Shown here piece after piece: positions 28,828 to 38,249 of a stretch of DNA of 64,000 nucleotides. Under the pieces are notes generated by a model that saw only the letters and a list, made by a program, of their open reading frames with translations, was not told where the DNA came from and ran no database searches. The translations under genes and the position numbers were made by a program. The DNA comes from a virus. Positions within the stretch are counted from its first letter, which is position 1, and each line of letters starts with the position of its first letter. The DNA is taken from IMG/VR virus record IMGVR_UViG_3300021960_000018; one strand, 5' to 3'.

Positions 28828-29966
28828 AGATGTTTTTCCAAAACAGTATACCACTCTGGATAAGTGTCTTCAAAAGATTCTTTTCGCTTTAAATCCAAAA
28901 TTCTCATTTTTGATAAAAATGCATTCATTGATTCGTAACAGTAAAGGCTATCCTCACTCAGCATGTATTTTATAATTTCTTTTAATTTATGAGATTGATT
29001 ATACAATTTAACAAATATTTCAGATTTTATTCTTGGGGATAAATTTTTTACGTTTAAAATTGCAGGAGTATCAAGAGGTGAAAACCCATAGGATATTTCT
29101 GGGAATTCCGTTTCCATAAATTCTATAAATTCAGTTAAGTAATATATATTCATAAGCCCAACTGTATTATGAACTCTTAGTTTAATCTTATTACTATCTA
29201 ATTCACTAATAGCGGTTTTTAAGTTCTCTACGATACTATCGAAAGAATGGCCGTGTCTGGCATATTCAGCTCTTTCGTAGATATCATCTAAGCTAAAAGC
29301 AATGTCAACTTTTTTAAACTGATTTAGATTTTCAATAATCTTTCGGTCAAACGTTGTACCATTAGTAGTAATTGCCAAATGAATATTCTTAGCCACATCT
29401 AATTCTGCTAACTTAAAAATCAAATTCCTATTTTCAGGACTTACAAAGGGTTCTCCTCCGGTTAACTCGATGAAAGTAATATTATTAATATAGTCTATAA
29501 ACTCTTTTTCATTGCGAGTACCCAGTATTTTATTTGATAAAAGATAATTACGGCGTTCCTTCGTAAATTTTTTTTCTTCCTTTTCTATCAAGCTAGAAGA
29601 ATAACCATTACAATTTCTACACTTAAGATTACAGATATTAGATAATTTAAGATCGAATCGAGTTGGGTATTCAGCAGTTTCAGTAAATTCATTAATATCA
29701 AATTTTTCTATATTGTTATGTTTAATTCTGTGGCTTTCACTGCCAGACTGCTCTATGTCCCAACATCTTTTACATGTATCAGGCTTTTCACCCTTAAGAA
29801 ATTGATTTCTTAAATCTTTAAAATATTGAGAGTTATATATTTCTCCTATAGTTTTATTTTCAATATAAGGCATTAAGTTTCTATCATGGGAAAAATAACA
29901 GCAAGGACGAACAAATCCATCTGGCTCAATACAAAAATTTTTCCACGGTGCTACACAGAAACTCAT
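28824..29966 (-). CDS. radical SAM protein with N-terminal twitch/SPASM-like domain
   Basis: FCVAPW...RPCC...CKRC; CNLKCRNC; GGEP; TNGT. Confidence 0.87.
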   Translation of the reverse strand: MSFCVAPWKNFCIEPDGFVRPCCYFSHDRNLMPYIENKTIGEIYNSQYFKDLRNQFLKGEKPDTCKRCWDIEQSGSESHRIKHNNIEKFDINEFTETAEYPTRFDLKLSNICNLKCRNCNGYSSSLIEKEEKKFTKERRNYLLSNKILGTRNEKEFIDYINNITFIELTGGEPFVSPENRNLIFKLAELDVAKNIHLAITTNGTTFDRKIIENLNQFKKVDIAFSLDDIYERAEYARHGHSFDSIVENLKTAISELDSNKIKLRVHNTVGLMNIYYLTEFIEFMETEFPEISYGFSPLDTPAILNVKNLSPRIKSEIFVKLYNQSHKLKEIIKYMLSEDSLYCYESMNAFLSKMRILDLKRKESFEDTYPEWYTVLEKHL

Positions 29967-31036
29967 AACTTAATGTCGATCCTTCCGGCATAATCACCAA
30001 CATAACTATCAAGTAGCCACATCTTTACTTGATTTTCGACTAAGTGTTCGGCAATATGTCTGTTACGACCTTCTTTATAATTTTTCATTTGGTATGACAT
30101 AGTAGCATAAATGTTTTTCAATTCATCTGAAGATCTATTCCAAATAGCAAGATGCTCTGGATATAGGATAGTATTAAACCATAAATTTACCTCTTTACTA
30201 TCACACCACTTTGCGGCATTAACCATTTCATCCCAGTTATTGTTCATGGGATTAACCATTACAGCAATCTCTCGATCGAAGTCTTTGCAATACTTATTAA
30301 ATTTGTCAAAGTTCTTCATGAGTTTATCGAACTTACCGTTAATACGAATTTGTTCATATCTCTCTGGAATAAAACTATCAATACTGATATTTAAATGAAT
30401 GTTACACGAATCTAAAATTCGTTGTACACGTTTGTTGTAAACTGTTCCATTAGTAGCGATATTAATTTTTAGAGACGGTTTAATCACTGCAACCATTTCA
30501 CAGATTTCTAGAACGATAGGTTGTGCAAATGGTTCACCGCCATTAAATCTTAATTCTTCAAGATGCGGTATAAACTCTTCTAACTGATCTTTAAATACTT
30601 GAGTATAGATCATTGGGATAGGAGGTAAATTTTCGCGATTCTTTCTGATACCACTACTCAAGGTTCCATTACACATTACACATTCGAGGTTGCATTGGTT
30701 ACTTAATTCCAATTCCATAAGAGAAGGATATTCTCTAACTGGAAACTTTTCATATGCTTTAGCGAGTGGCCACACTTCGCACTTAATATCCTTTTCACAC
30801 TCTTGGCATCTATTAATAAATTTGTTTTCAGATAATGCATCACGATACATTTGGAACTTGTCACCTTTCCAAATGTCCATGATAGATCTGTCTTCTGACC
30901 ATTGATCACATAATCCGGGTAGTTTCCAGCAAGGTGAACATTTACCCCATACGGTAAAATACATATTATTCCACGGGGCATTACACGGACCGTTTACACC
31001 GTAACTATCCTTCGGTTCTTCTTCATTTAAACTCAT
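29963..31036 (-). CDS. radical SAM protein with N-terminal twitch/SPASM-like domain
   Basis: CNAPW...SPC...CQEC; CNLECVMC; GGEP; TNGT. Confidence 0.87.
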   Translation of the reverse strand: MSLNEEEPKDSYGVNGPCNAPWNNMYFTVWGKCSPCWKLPGLCDQWSEDRSIMDIWKGDKFQMYRDALSENKFINRCQECEKDIKCEVWPLAKAYEKFPVREYPSLMELELSNQCNLECVMCNGTLSSGIRKNRENLPPIPMIYTQVFKDQLEEFIPHLEELRFNGGEPFAQPIVLEICEMVAVIKPSLKINIATNGTVYNKRVQRILDSCNIHLNISIDSFIPERYEQIRINGKFDKLMKNFDKFNKYCKDFDREIAVMVNPMNNNWDEMVNAAKWCDSKEVNLWFNTILYPEHLAIWNRSSDELKNIYATMSYQMKNYKEGRNRHIAEHLVENQVKMWLLDSYVGDYAGRIDIKL

Positions 31037-31395
31037 TCTTCATCGTCCAAATATCGAGAACACATTACCATACAAAGTCTATGTGGGTTATCAGTATCCC
31101 AAGATTCTGGCAATGTCTTTTTAAACCAATCATGATTTAAAATATCTTCTAATGAATTGTTCATTAGATTTAGTTCTTTTTCGTTCTTATAATACTCTTG
31201 CATTACCGGATTAGTAATATCATCTACACCTCTATGAAGAATATCAGGATCGTTATACTTACCAGTAACTCTCCACTTATATCCTTGATTCGCAAGATAG
31301 CAGCATGGCCAAACTTGTTTATCAGGGTTTACTAGAAACTTATCTTCTTCCATCCATCGACAAACAATATTATTTTTATTCGGAGTGTTGCTCAT
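31033..31395 (-). CDS. stand-alone SPASM/twitch-like Fe-S domain
   Basis: VC...VNPDKQVWPCCY...LEDIL...CMVMC. Confidence 0.7.
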   Translation of the reverse strand: MSNTPNKNNIVCRWMEEDKFLVNPDKQVWPCCYLANQGYKWRVTGKYNDPDILHRGVDDITNPVMQEYYKNEKELNLMNNSLEDILNHDWFKKTLPESWDTDNPHRLCMVMCSRYLDDEE

Positions 31396-32194
31396 TTTCT
31401 ACCTTATTACTAGGTGTCCACAATCCCCATGTGAGGTTATGTTTTCCAATCTTTTCCCACCATTCATGATCACGGGTAGGAACAATGTCTTGAAGAAGGG
31501 GATGTTCTTTATTCGTTACTTCTTCTATAGTAATCTTTTCACCATCTTCATTTGTAAATGTCATCTTACCATCCTTGTGGAATCTATTCGATGCCTGGAT
31601 AATAATATCACCTTTAATTTCTAACTCATTATCAATCATATGAAGAATATCATATAGGTGTTCTTCGTTATGTTTAAATACAATCACGTGCGCGTTCGCG
31701 CGGGCGCCCGAGGCCACGTATGCGTGAATATTAGCTTTTAGTTTTTCTAGATCTACTTTCTGTCTATATCTAGAATGCATTTCGGGGGTAACGCCTTCAA
31801 TATCAAAATAGACTTCTAATCTTTTTCGGCCGATACATCCCAGTTCCCACCACCAATCTTCATCACGTATTCCACCATTCGTATTAATCTGAATATAGCA
31901 TTCGCTAAATTTTATAATATATGCAATGATCTCTTTTAGATCTTTATTCATAGCGGGATCTCCCCATGTCCCACAAATTTCAAATTTCCATATTTTTTCC
32001 ATATCCTGGGGGGTAAAAGTTTTCATAAATTCGCTTAAAGTCCACTGAGTAAGTGGAAGCCAATCTATTTTGCCTAACCCCTCTGGATTAGTTCTATGAC
32101 ACTGAGGACAAGCAGCATTGCAAAATGTGGATATATCAATCCAAGCGACGAGCTCTTTTTCTTTATATGTATTTGACATATTCTTTCCACTCAT
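31376..32194 (-). CDS. radical SAM core domain
   Basis: CNAACPQC, GTWGDP, TNGG, VFKHN; no C-terminal SPASM in this ORF. Confidence 0.85.
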   Translation of the reverse strand: MSGKNMSNTYKEKELVAWIDISTFCNAACPQCHRTNPEGLGKIDWLPLTQWTLSEFMKTFTPQDMEKIWKFEICGTWGDPAMNKDLKEIIAYIIKFSECYIQINTNGGIRDEDWWWELGCIGRKRLEVYFDIEGVTPEMHSRYRQKVDLEKLKANIHAYVASGARANAHVIVFKHNEEHLYDILHMIDNELEIKGDIIIQASNRFHKDGKMTFTNEDGEKITIEEVTNKEHPLLQDIVPTRDHEWWEKIGKHNLTWGLWTPSNKVENEQHSE

Positions 32195-32828
32195 GCGGCT
32201 TGTTTAGGCTATTTGTAAAATGAACCATTTTAATTTCAGGATTGAATTCTCCATTCTTATATATCCAACCTTTATAAAGACGTTCCATTTCATTCTTCCA
32301 CTCGTCAGACATAAACTTATCTGAAACCCAACGAGTAATCCATTCATTTGGAATGTATTTAAGTTTTAATTCTAACTCATTTATAGAATCGAATACAAAG
32401 TTCTGTTCCCCATTTACTGGACCTACAGTCATTTTATTCTTAATATAATAACTCTGCCAGTAAGCAGGGTCTTTCATAAACTTATCATAAATGGGATTGC
32501 AATCAATAGGATAATACTTAAAGAATCCCCCGTTAATTTTGCAAGGACTATCTCTCCACCAAGATGGAATGCTTAAAAACTCTCCGCGTCTTATGGGATA
32601 ATCGAATATCTGTTTATAGTCATTGACTAATAGAATATCTACGTCAATAACGCAAATGGGTTCATCTAGAGACAAACCCATCGCATACATTTTATTCCAT
32701 TGTAAGACTACCGATGGATGGAACGGTTCATGGATCCAAATCACCTCGTAATCTTTTAATTTTTGATTTATATAATTCTCGTATTCGATTCCATATTTGT
32801 CACCGATACGAACACAAAATATTTTCAT
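32163..32828 (-). CDS. GT-A glycosyltransferase
   Basis: CVRIGDKY, WNK, IDVDI (DxD), INGG, GEQNF, VHF. Confidence 0.72.
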   Translation of the reverse strand: MKIFCVRIGDKYGIEYENYINQKLKDYEVIWIHEPFHPSVVLQWNKMYAMGLSLDEPICVIDVDILLVNDYKQIFDYPIRRGEFLSIPSWWRDSPCKINGGFFKYYPIDCNPIYDKFMKDPAYWQSYYIKNKMTVGPVNGEQNFVFDSINELELKLKYIPNEWITRWVSDKFMSDEWKNEMERLYKGWIYKNGEFNPEIKMVHFTNSLNKPHEWKEYVKYI

Positions 32829-33706
32829 GGATCATATGGCATTACTGTAGAGAATAGTTTACTAATGACATGGTACATTTTTGCGCCATCAGTAGAAGTA
32901 TCAATATCAAAGACTCTTCTGTGCCAATAATCGTCAAAGAATTGGATGGGCACTTCGTTAACTACTCGTTTATATGAGAACACGGTTTCGTTATCGTAAT
33001 TAAATACTCTACGAATGTTTGTAGGATACATCGAATCTTCATCATGTTTAAGATCTGTCATAAGCTCTAAAACCTCTTCAAAATTACCAAAGTAATCAAG
33101 CTTATTAATCATATCTTTACTTGCAACCATAATACCAGTATTAAACACATCGTTATCTGGTTCATATCCTTCTTCGAATAACATTGCATGGGTGTTCCAA
33201 TATTTCGAAGCAGGATTTCTAATACAGAAATTATATCTGTCCGCTTCTATCTCTTTTCCGCGGATGGCTTCGTCATTTGATTCAGCACAACAGAAATTAT
33301 TCCACGGATCATGCTCATCAAAAATGTCTTCAGATGTATTTGGAATAACATCGAAATCCATATAACAGATTAAGTCATAATCCTCTTTTTCGGCAATCTC
33401 TTTCATAAGATGATGCTTATAAAAATTAATAATATCGTATTCGGAAATCTGAGGATATTTTTTATGAAAAGTTTCGTAATATTCTTTATAGTCTTCGCTA
33501 CTTTGATAAAGTCTATAATCTGCACCAATCGTTTCAGCATACCATTTATGCCGCTTTATAATGGTAGAACTCCATCTTTTAAAGGCTAACTTAGCCTCCA
33601 AACTTTTACGTGTTTGTACTTGTACTCCGTTTTCCCACCAACCTGGATTATCCAAATTCTCTTCTGGAATATCAACGTAGATACTAAAGATTATTTTATT
33701 AGTCAT
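32825..33706 (-). CDS. GT-A glycosyltransferase
   Basis: YAETIGADY, YMDFDV (DxD), FNTGIM, terminal H motif. Confidence 0.68.
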   Translation of the reverse strand: MTNKIIFSIYVDIPEENLDNPGWWENGVQVQTRKSLEAKLAFKRWSSTIIKRHKWYAETIGADYRLYQSSEDYKEYYETFHKKYPQISEYDIINFYKHHLMKEIAEKEDYDLICYMDFDVIPNTSEDIFDEHDPWNNFCCAESNDEAIRGKEIEADRYNFCIRNPASKYWNTHAMLFEEGYEPDNDVFNTGIMVASKDMINKLDYFGNFEEVLELMTDLKHDEDSMYPTNIRRVFNYDNETVFSYKRVVNEVPIQFFDDYWHRRVFDIDTSTDGAKMYHVISKLFSTVMPYDP

Positions 33707-33713
33707 TTATTCC

Positions 33714-34361
33714 TCACTGAGCAATTAGGGTGTAACGAGTAAAGTCACCAAGATCCATTGCACCTTTATAGGCAATCCATCTCTTCGACAAATGTGGTTC
33801 AATATATCCCACAAATTCATCTAGATAGGGTGAACAATTAATATGTGAATCTAAATCGTAATAGTTATTACTTTGTAATACTACAAAAGCATTCTCTGGT
33901 TTTTTACTTACCAATTCACATAAATCTTCTCTGTCGATGTGCTCACAACTAGTAGAGATTAAAGCTGTAACATTCGATATATCTATTTCTTCGGTAATAT
34001 CTTCTATTTTAAAATGAAACTTATGATCCGGAAAAATCTTCTGTCCTAGCATATCTGAAAACGGATCCATATCGGCAGAAGTAACATGGTAATTATCTTG
34101 AGGATATGCTTTTTTTAATAGATCACCTAATAACCCATACCACCCGCCGGCGATATAAAAATTACCACCTGAGTTTTGACCATATACGCCATCATAGATT
34201 TCTTTAAATGTATTAACTAACCATTGCTTACTGCGAAAATGATTATTATCTAAAGAATGTACAATGTCCACGATACGATATAAATCGTTTATGCCGTATT
34301 GAGATTCTTTATATACAGTTTCAATCGTCTTCAGAGCGTGATACAATGGCGAATTTATCAT
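33714..34361 (-). CDS. class I SAM-dependent methyltransferase-like
   Basis: SKQWL, IAGGWYG, ADMDP, TSCEH, QSNNY, HINC; likely start MINSP (track start 34391). Confidence 0.68.
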   Translation of the reverse strand: MINSPLYHALKTIETVYKESQYGINDLYRIVDIVHSLDNNHFRSKQWLVNTFKEIYDGVYGQNSGGNFYIAGGWYGLLGDLLKKAYPQDNYHVTSADMDPFSDMLGQKIFPDHKFHFKIEDITEEIDISNVTALISTSCEHIDREDLCELVSKKPENAFVVLQSNNYYDLDSHINCSPYLDEFVGYIEPHLSKRWIAYKGAMDLGDFTRYTLIAQ

Positions 34362-34977
34362 GAACTTCCTCAAATGTAGTAATAGGCGCAATCTTATCTA
34401 ATTCGTATTTATATGAATGAATAAACTCTGAGGGGAATGTATTATATTCAAATTCTTCGTGCACGATGAATCGGTCAATACCTACATATTTACGAAGATA
34501 ATAATCCTTTAACCCGCCTAGATAAAAATGATTCCAAAGTTGATGGATATCGGAATTTCCTGCAGTCCACGTAATAACCGAAGAATTAATCCTGACGTCA
34601 TAATTAGTGGCTCTATCGTAAATCTTTCCTGATTTCCAATGGCAGTTAATCAAAGTTAACTTATCCCAATCGACACTATCTAAAATGCCAAAGGGATCTG
34701 AATTTATCATAATATCCAAATCAAAATAGATAGTTTTCCCCACAAGAGGAAACTCCGGACTAAACATCCGAAGTTTATTCCACCATTTTTTTAATGCTGG
34801 TTTGAATGGGATATCAATAATAGTAATTCGAGAATCGATATCTTTTTTGCTATCACCTGGGATTTCAGTATAGCAATAATAATTAAAATCTGGCCGATAT
34901 TTGTATAAAGATTCAAATAATCTATTTACATCATCAATGGAGTACTTTGTACCCCATTTCACAAAGATTACATTCAT
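34321..34977 (-). CDS. GT-A glycosyltransferase
   Basis: VKWGTKY, WWNKL, YFDLDI (DxD), NSSV, GIDRFI, SYK. Confidence 0.75.
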   Translation of the reverse strand: MNVIFVKWGTKYSIDDVNRLFESLYKYRPDFNYYCYTEIPGDSKKDIDSRITIIDIPFKPALKKWWNKLRMFSPEFPLVGKTIYFDLDIMINSDPFGILDSVDWDKLTLINCHWKSGKIYDRATNYDVRINSSVITWTAGNSDIHQLWNHFYLGGLKDYYLRKYVGIDRFIVHEEFEYNTFPSEFIHSYKYELDKIAPITTFEEVHDKFAIVSRSEDD

Positions 34978-35681
34978 TCAAAAGCCCCGACCCCTTGTGC
35001 AAAAGAAATAAGTTCAGCAATAGATTTAGCTTTACGGATATTAGTTTTTAATGTACGATCTTTAGAATTCTTAATAGAGGGTATTTCAAAAATAGATAAC
35101 TTCGCTCTAAATATAGCTTCTTCATCAGAGTTATTTTGTGCAATATATTGAATAATATCACTTTGCTTCATTTCACGTCTTTCTAATTGAGTTTTCATTT
35201 CTTCGAAAGAAAGCTTTTGTTTTTCTTTTAGATCTATAAGAAATTTCTCTTCTAATTCTACTACAGAGATTTTTTCTCTATATTCGCTTTCGATCTGTCT
35301 AAATGAAGATTCATAATCTTGTTTAATCTTTTCGTGATATCCTTCATAATCATCTATAAGTTGCTTTTTAAACTTTTCAAAATTAGTTTCATATTCCTCT
35401 TTCATCTTCTTAACATATGGGTCAGCATATTGTTGAATCATTTGAACAAAGTTTTTAGCATCAGCGGCATTCATATCCCGCGTGTTTTCATAAATTACTT
35501 CATGACCATAATCATTATCAGTTAACCACTTATTAAAAGATGGATCCGATGGATCACCGAAAAAAGAAAGTAATTCAGGAGATTCTTTTGTTCCTTCATT
35601 CCAAACTAATTCAACTGTATCATTTTCTTTATTAGTATATGTAACACTATAAATTTGTTTTCCTTCAAAGGGATATGCCAT
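34974..35681 (-). CDS. hypothetical coiled-coil protein
   Basis: E/K-rich central helix; first gene of the enzyme island. Confidence 0.7.
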   Translation of the reverse strand: MAYPFEGKQIYSVTYTNKENDTVELVWNEGTKESPELLSFFGDPSDPSFNKWLTDNDYGHEVIYENTRDMNAADAKNFVQMIQQYADPYVKKMKEEYETNFEKFKKQLIDDYEGYHEKIKQDYESSFRQIESEYREKISVVELEEKFLIDLKEKQKLSFEEMKTQLERREMKQSDIIQYIAQNNSDEEAIFRAKLSIFEIPSIKNSKDRTLKTNIRKAKSIAELISFAQGVGAFE

Positions 35682-35696
35682 AATTTTAATACCTTA

Positions 35697-36650
35697 TTAT
35701 GTTTGATTCAATTTTAAATAATGCGTTGCAATAGTAACTGCAGTACCATCTGGGAATTCTTGTGCTCGATAATCATCAACTCCGCCAAAGAACGTTTGAT
35801 AATTTCCGGATCCGTTTAGTCTTGTGTCTACCATACCAGAACCCTGTATCGTTCCGCTACCATTAAAATTATATCTTAGTCTTGTACCAACAATAGAAGC
35901 GGCTGCATATCTCATAAAGTCTTGGAATTGAGTATCAAAGTTAGCTTGACTAAATTGTTGAAGATCTCCGTCAGATCTAACAAAGATCGGAACCGACATA
36001 GAGGGTGCTGCAATATTATTTGCGGCTAATAGATAATAGTTATTAATTGTAGTAGGTTGATCTAATGCTTCTGGAATGCCAGCCGCAGTATATAGAGAGG
36101 TATCAGCTCGCGTGTCACTAAATATAATAGATCCGCTTACTGAAGTATATCCTGTAAGAGACGTAGATGTATGAACGTAATATGTTCCGGGCTGACCAAC
36201 TGAGCCCTGGAGAGTATCAACAGCATCATAAATGAATGTATCGTAAATATCCGTAGCGGTCATAGCTTGAATATTTCCGCTATTATTAAATACTGGAAAT
36301 GCTCTAGAATTCGTATCAGCTGGCTCAGTTACTGTAGCTACTGTTTCACTAACTCTGGCGTGACCAACAGTGACGACTGAAGGTTCAGCAGTTGTAGTTT
36401 CTGGTGGATATTCTCCAGCACCCGCGTCACCTGCCACCCCGTCACCAACCCTTGTACTATATGCACCTGCTTGTAATCTGGTATCATTGATAGTACCAAG
36501 AGATCCGCCAGAAGCAACTACTGAAAGGGTGACAGAAGGAGAAGCGCCATAGAGATACCTACAACGATTTTTTACTTCTAAAATTTGGGCATCGGTCATC
36601 TCGATGAGATTATTTGATCCATCGAGAATAAGTGGTCTTCTTACTGCCAT
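35697..36650 (-). CDS. virion structural protein
   Basis: MAVRRPL N-terminus; internal repeats (DTRL/DTRA, GNIQAM/GDLQQF); within the late operon. Confidence 0.65.
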   Translation of the reverse strand: MAVRRPLILDGSNNLIEMTDAQILEVKNRCRYLYGASPSVTLSVVASGGSLGTINDTRLQAGAYSTRVGDGVAGDAGAGEYPPETTTAEPSVVTVGHARVSETVATVTEPADTNSRAFPVFNNSGNIQAMTATDIYDTFIYDAVDTLQGSVGQPGTYYVHTSTSLTGYTSVSGSIIFSDTRADTSLYTAAGIPEALDQPTTINNYYLLAANNIAAPSMSVPIFVRSDGDLQQFSQANFDTQFQDFMRYAAASIVGTRLRYNFNGSGTIQGSGMVDTRLNGSGNYQTFFGGVDDYRAQEFPDGTAVTIATHYLKLNQT

Positions 36651-36652
36651 TA

Positions 36653-37453
36653 TTAAGATCCTGCGCCATAGAGTGTCTTTACTGCTGTCCCTGCTGAGTT
36701 ATAAATTATCAATGAAACTTCATCAGCCAATTTTGCTCTTGTGATTGCGTCATCTGCAACCATTGCAGTAGCAACTTGAACTTCGCTAACAATACCGCCG
36801 GAACTCGTCGAACCCAATAACCTATTAGCAGTAACAACGTTCTGGATCTTAGCATATGTTATGGCATCATCTGCAACCATTGCAGTAGCAACTTGAACTT
36901 CACTAACAATACCGCCAGCTGATGTAGACCCTAGTAATCTATTCGCTGTAGCAACGTTCTGGATTTTGGCATATGTTACGGCATCATCAACAATATCACC
37001 GGTATTAATACTTAGCGCTTTTAACGAAACCGCGCCACTGGTAACAGTAAAATCATTTGCATCAAAAGATGCAATACCCTTAACAGTAGTAGTGGCATCT
37101 GTATATGTTATCGTAGAGAATTGTCCTGTCGCACTATCATAAGATAAACTTCCGTCTGTGGAAAATAGGTCTCTAATCTGTTGATCTGTTCTTTGAGTGT
37201 ATGATATAACGCCAGTTGAAGAATTATATGAAATGCTTCCACTGGCTGAAATTTTAGATCTAACCTCACTTGCACTTGGCCCGGTATAAGTAAACTGACC
37301 AGTAGCAGAATCATAAGTAAATGATCCATCGCCACCGGCATCTACTACAGAAAGAGAATTTCTGAACAAAGCATTGGCTCTAACATCAGAATCTAGCGCA
37401 TTATACGCTAGTCTCCAAGCATTAAAGGTATCAGAAGTGTTAATTTGCGTCAT
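36653..37453 (-). CDS. fibre-like structural protein
   Basis: SDTFNAWR N-terminus, YDSATGQF modules; C-terminus shared with 7913..9541. Confidence 0.72.
   Translation of the reverse strand: MTQINTSDTFNAWRLAYNALDSDVRANALFRNSLSVVDAGGDGSFTYDSATGQFTYTGPSASEVRSKISASGSISYNSSTGVISYTQRTDQQIRDLFSTDGSLSYDSATGQFSTITYTDATTTVKGIASFDANDFTVTSGAVSLKALSINTGDIVDDAVTYAKIQNVATANRLLGSTSAGGIVSEVQVATAMVADDAITYAKIQNVVTANRLLGSTSSGGIVSEVQVATAMVADDAITRAKLADEVSLIIYNSAGTAVKTLYGAGS
36745..36990 (-). repeat. ~117-bp (39-aa) tandem duplication
   Basis: DDAxTYAKIQNVxTANRLLGSTSxGGIVSEVQVATAMVA occurs twice; DNA copies are 117 bp apart. Confidence 0.85.
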
Positions 37454-37476
37454 CTAAATTTCCCTAAGGTTTATTT

Positions 37477-37484
37477 TATTTATA
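37477..37484 (-). promoter_or_regulatory. T4-type late promoter TATAAATA
   Basis: Exact match 24 bp upstream of the 37453 start. Confidence 0.78.
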
Positions 37485-38046
37485 AGATACCTATGTCGCG
37501 AATTCTCATATACCATTGGTCTTTATCTTTTTTACAAGAAAAACCTTTCCAAAGTTTTCTTTCATTACAAATATTAATTAATTCTACAGGTCCTGGCCAT
37601 TCTTTTTCTAGGATCTGTGACTCGATCTGTTTATCCATTTGAACTTCCTCGCCCTTTTTGCTAGCACGAAGATATTCATCTGACTGATAATATTCTTTTA
37701 CTTCATAAATGCCTTCACTATTAAGATTATATCCTGTAGCTACTTTATCGGCATTTAAAAAATATTCATAATATTTCCCCATATTGGGATTATCCAAATA
37801 TTCTAAATCCACTGCCCAACCATTCGCACCACGATTAACTCTTTCAAGAATTATATCTTTATGCGGTCCATCAAGCATCGATTCAAAAGCGTCAAAGTTA
37901 AAAGTACATACTGTAACAGATAAATCGCCATTACGAATACACCAAATCAATTCAACAATATTTGATTTCGCGAAATTATTTAAACTATCTAATTTTTCAG
38001 AAAACCCGTGAAAGGGTCCTACGTCCATTAAATTTCTTATTGCCAT
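37480..38046 (-). CDS. hypothetical protein
   Basis: 188-aa ORF coupled to its neighbours. Confidence 0.7.
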   Translation of the reverse strand: MAIRNLMDVGPFHGFSEKLDSLNNFAKSNIVELIWCIRNGDLSVTVCTFNFDAFESMLDGPHKDIILERVNRGANGWAVDLEYLDNPNMGKYYEYFLNADKVATGYNLNSEGIYEVKEYYQSDEYLRASKKGEEVQMDKQIESQILEKEWPGPVELINICNERKLWKGFSCKKDKDQWYMRIRDIGIL

Positions 38047-38047
38047 A

Positions 38048-38248
38048 TTATAATTTGCTTAGAATTTTTTCTAGCATTCCCTTAATTTCAGTTACATCAC
38101 TTTCTAATTGTTCAATCCTATTATTTTTTGCTTTCATGCGTTCTTTTCGCATTCTGGCTGTTTGCATGTCTTGAACATTTGTATTTATTACGGCACCAGA
38201 TCTAGGATCTTTTACTAGATCTGGATGCCCTTCAATCTTTATATTCAT
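38048..38248 (-). CDS. conserved small protein downstream of the VrlC-like gene
   Basis: IKIEGHPDLVKDPRSGAVIN plus coiled coil. Confidence 0.75.
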   Translation of the reverse strand: MNIKIEGHPDLVKDPRSGAVINTNVQDMQTARMRKERMKAKNNRIEQLESDVTEIKGMLEKILSKL

Positions 38249-38249
38249 A

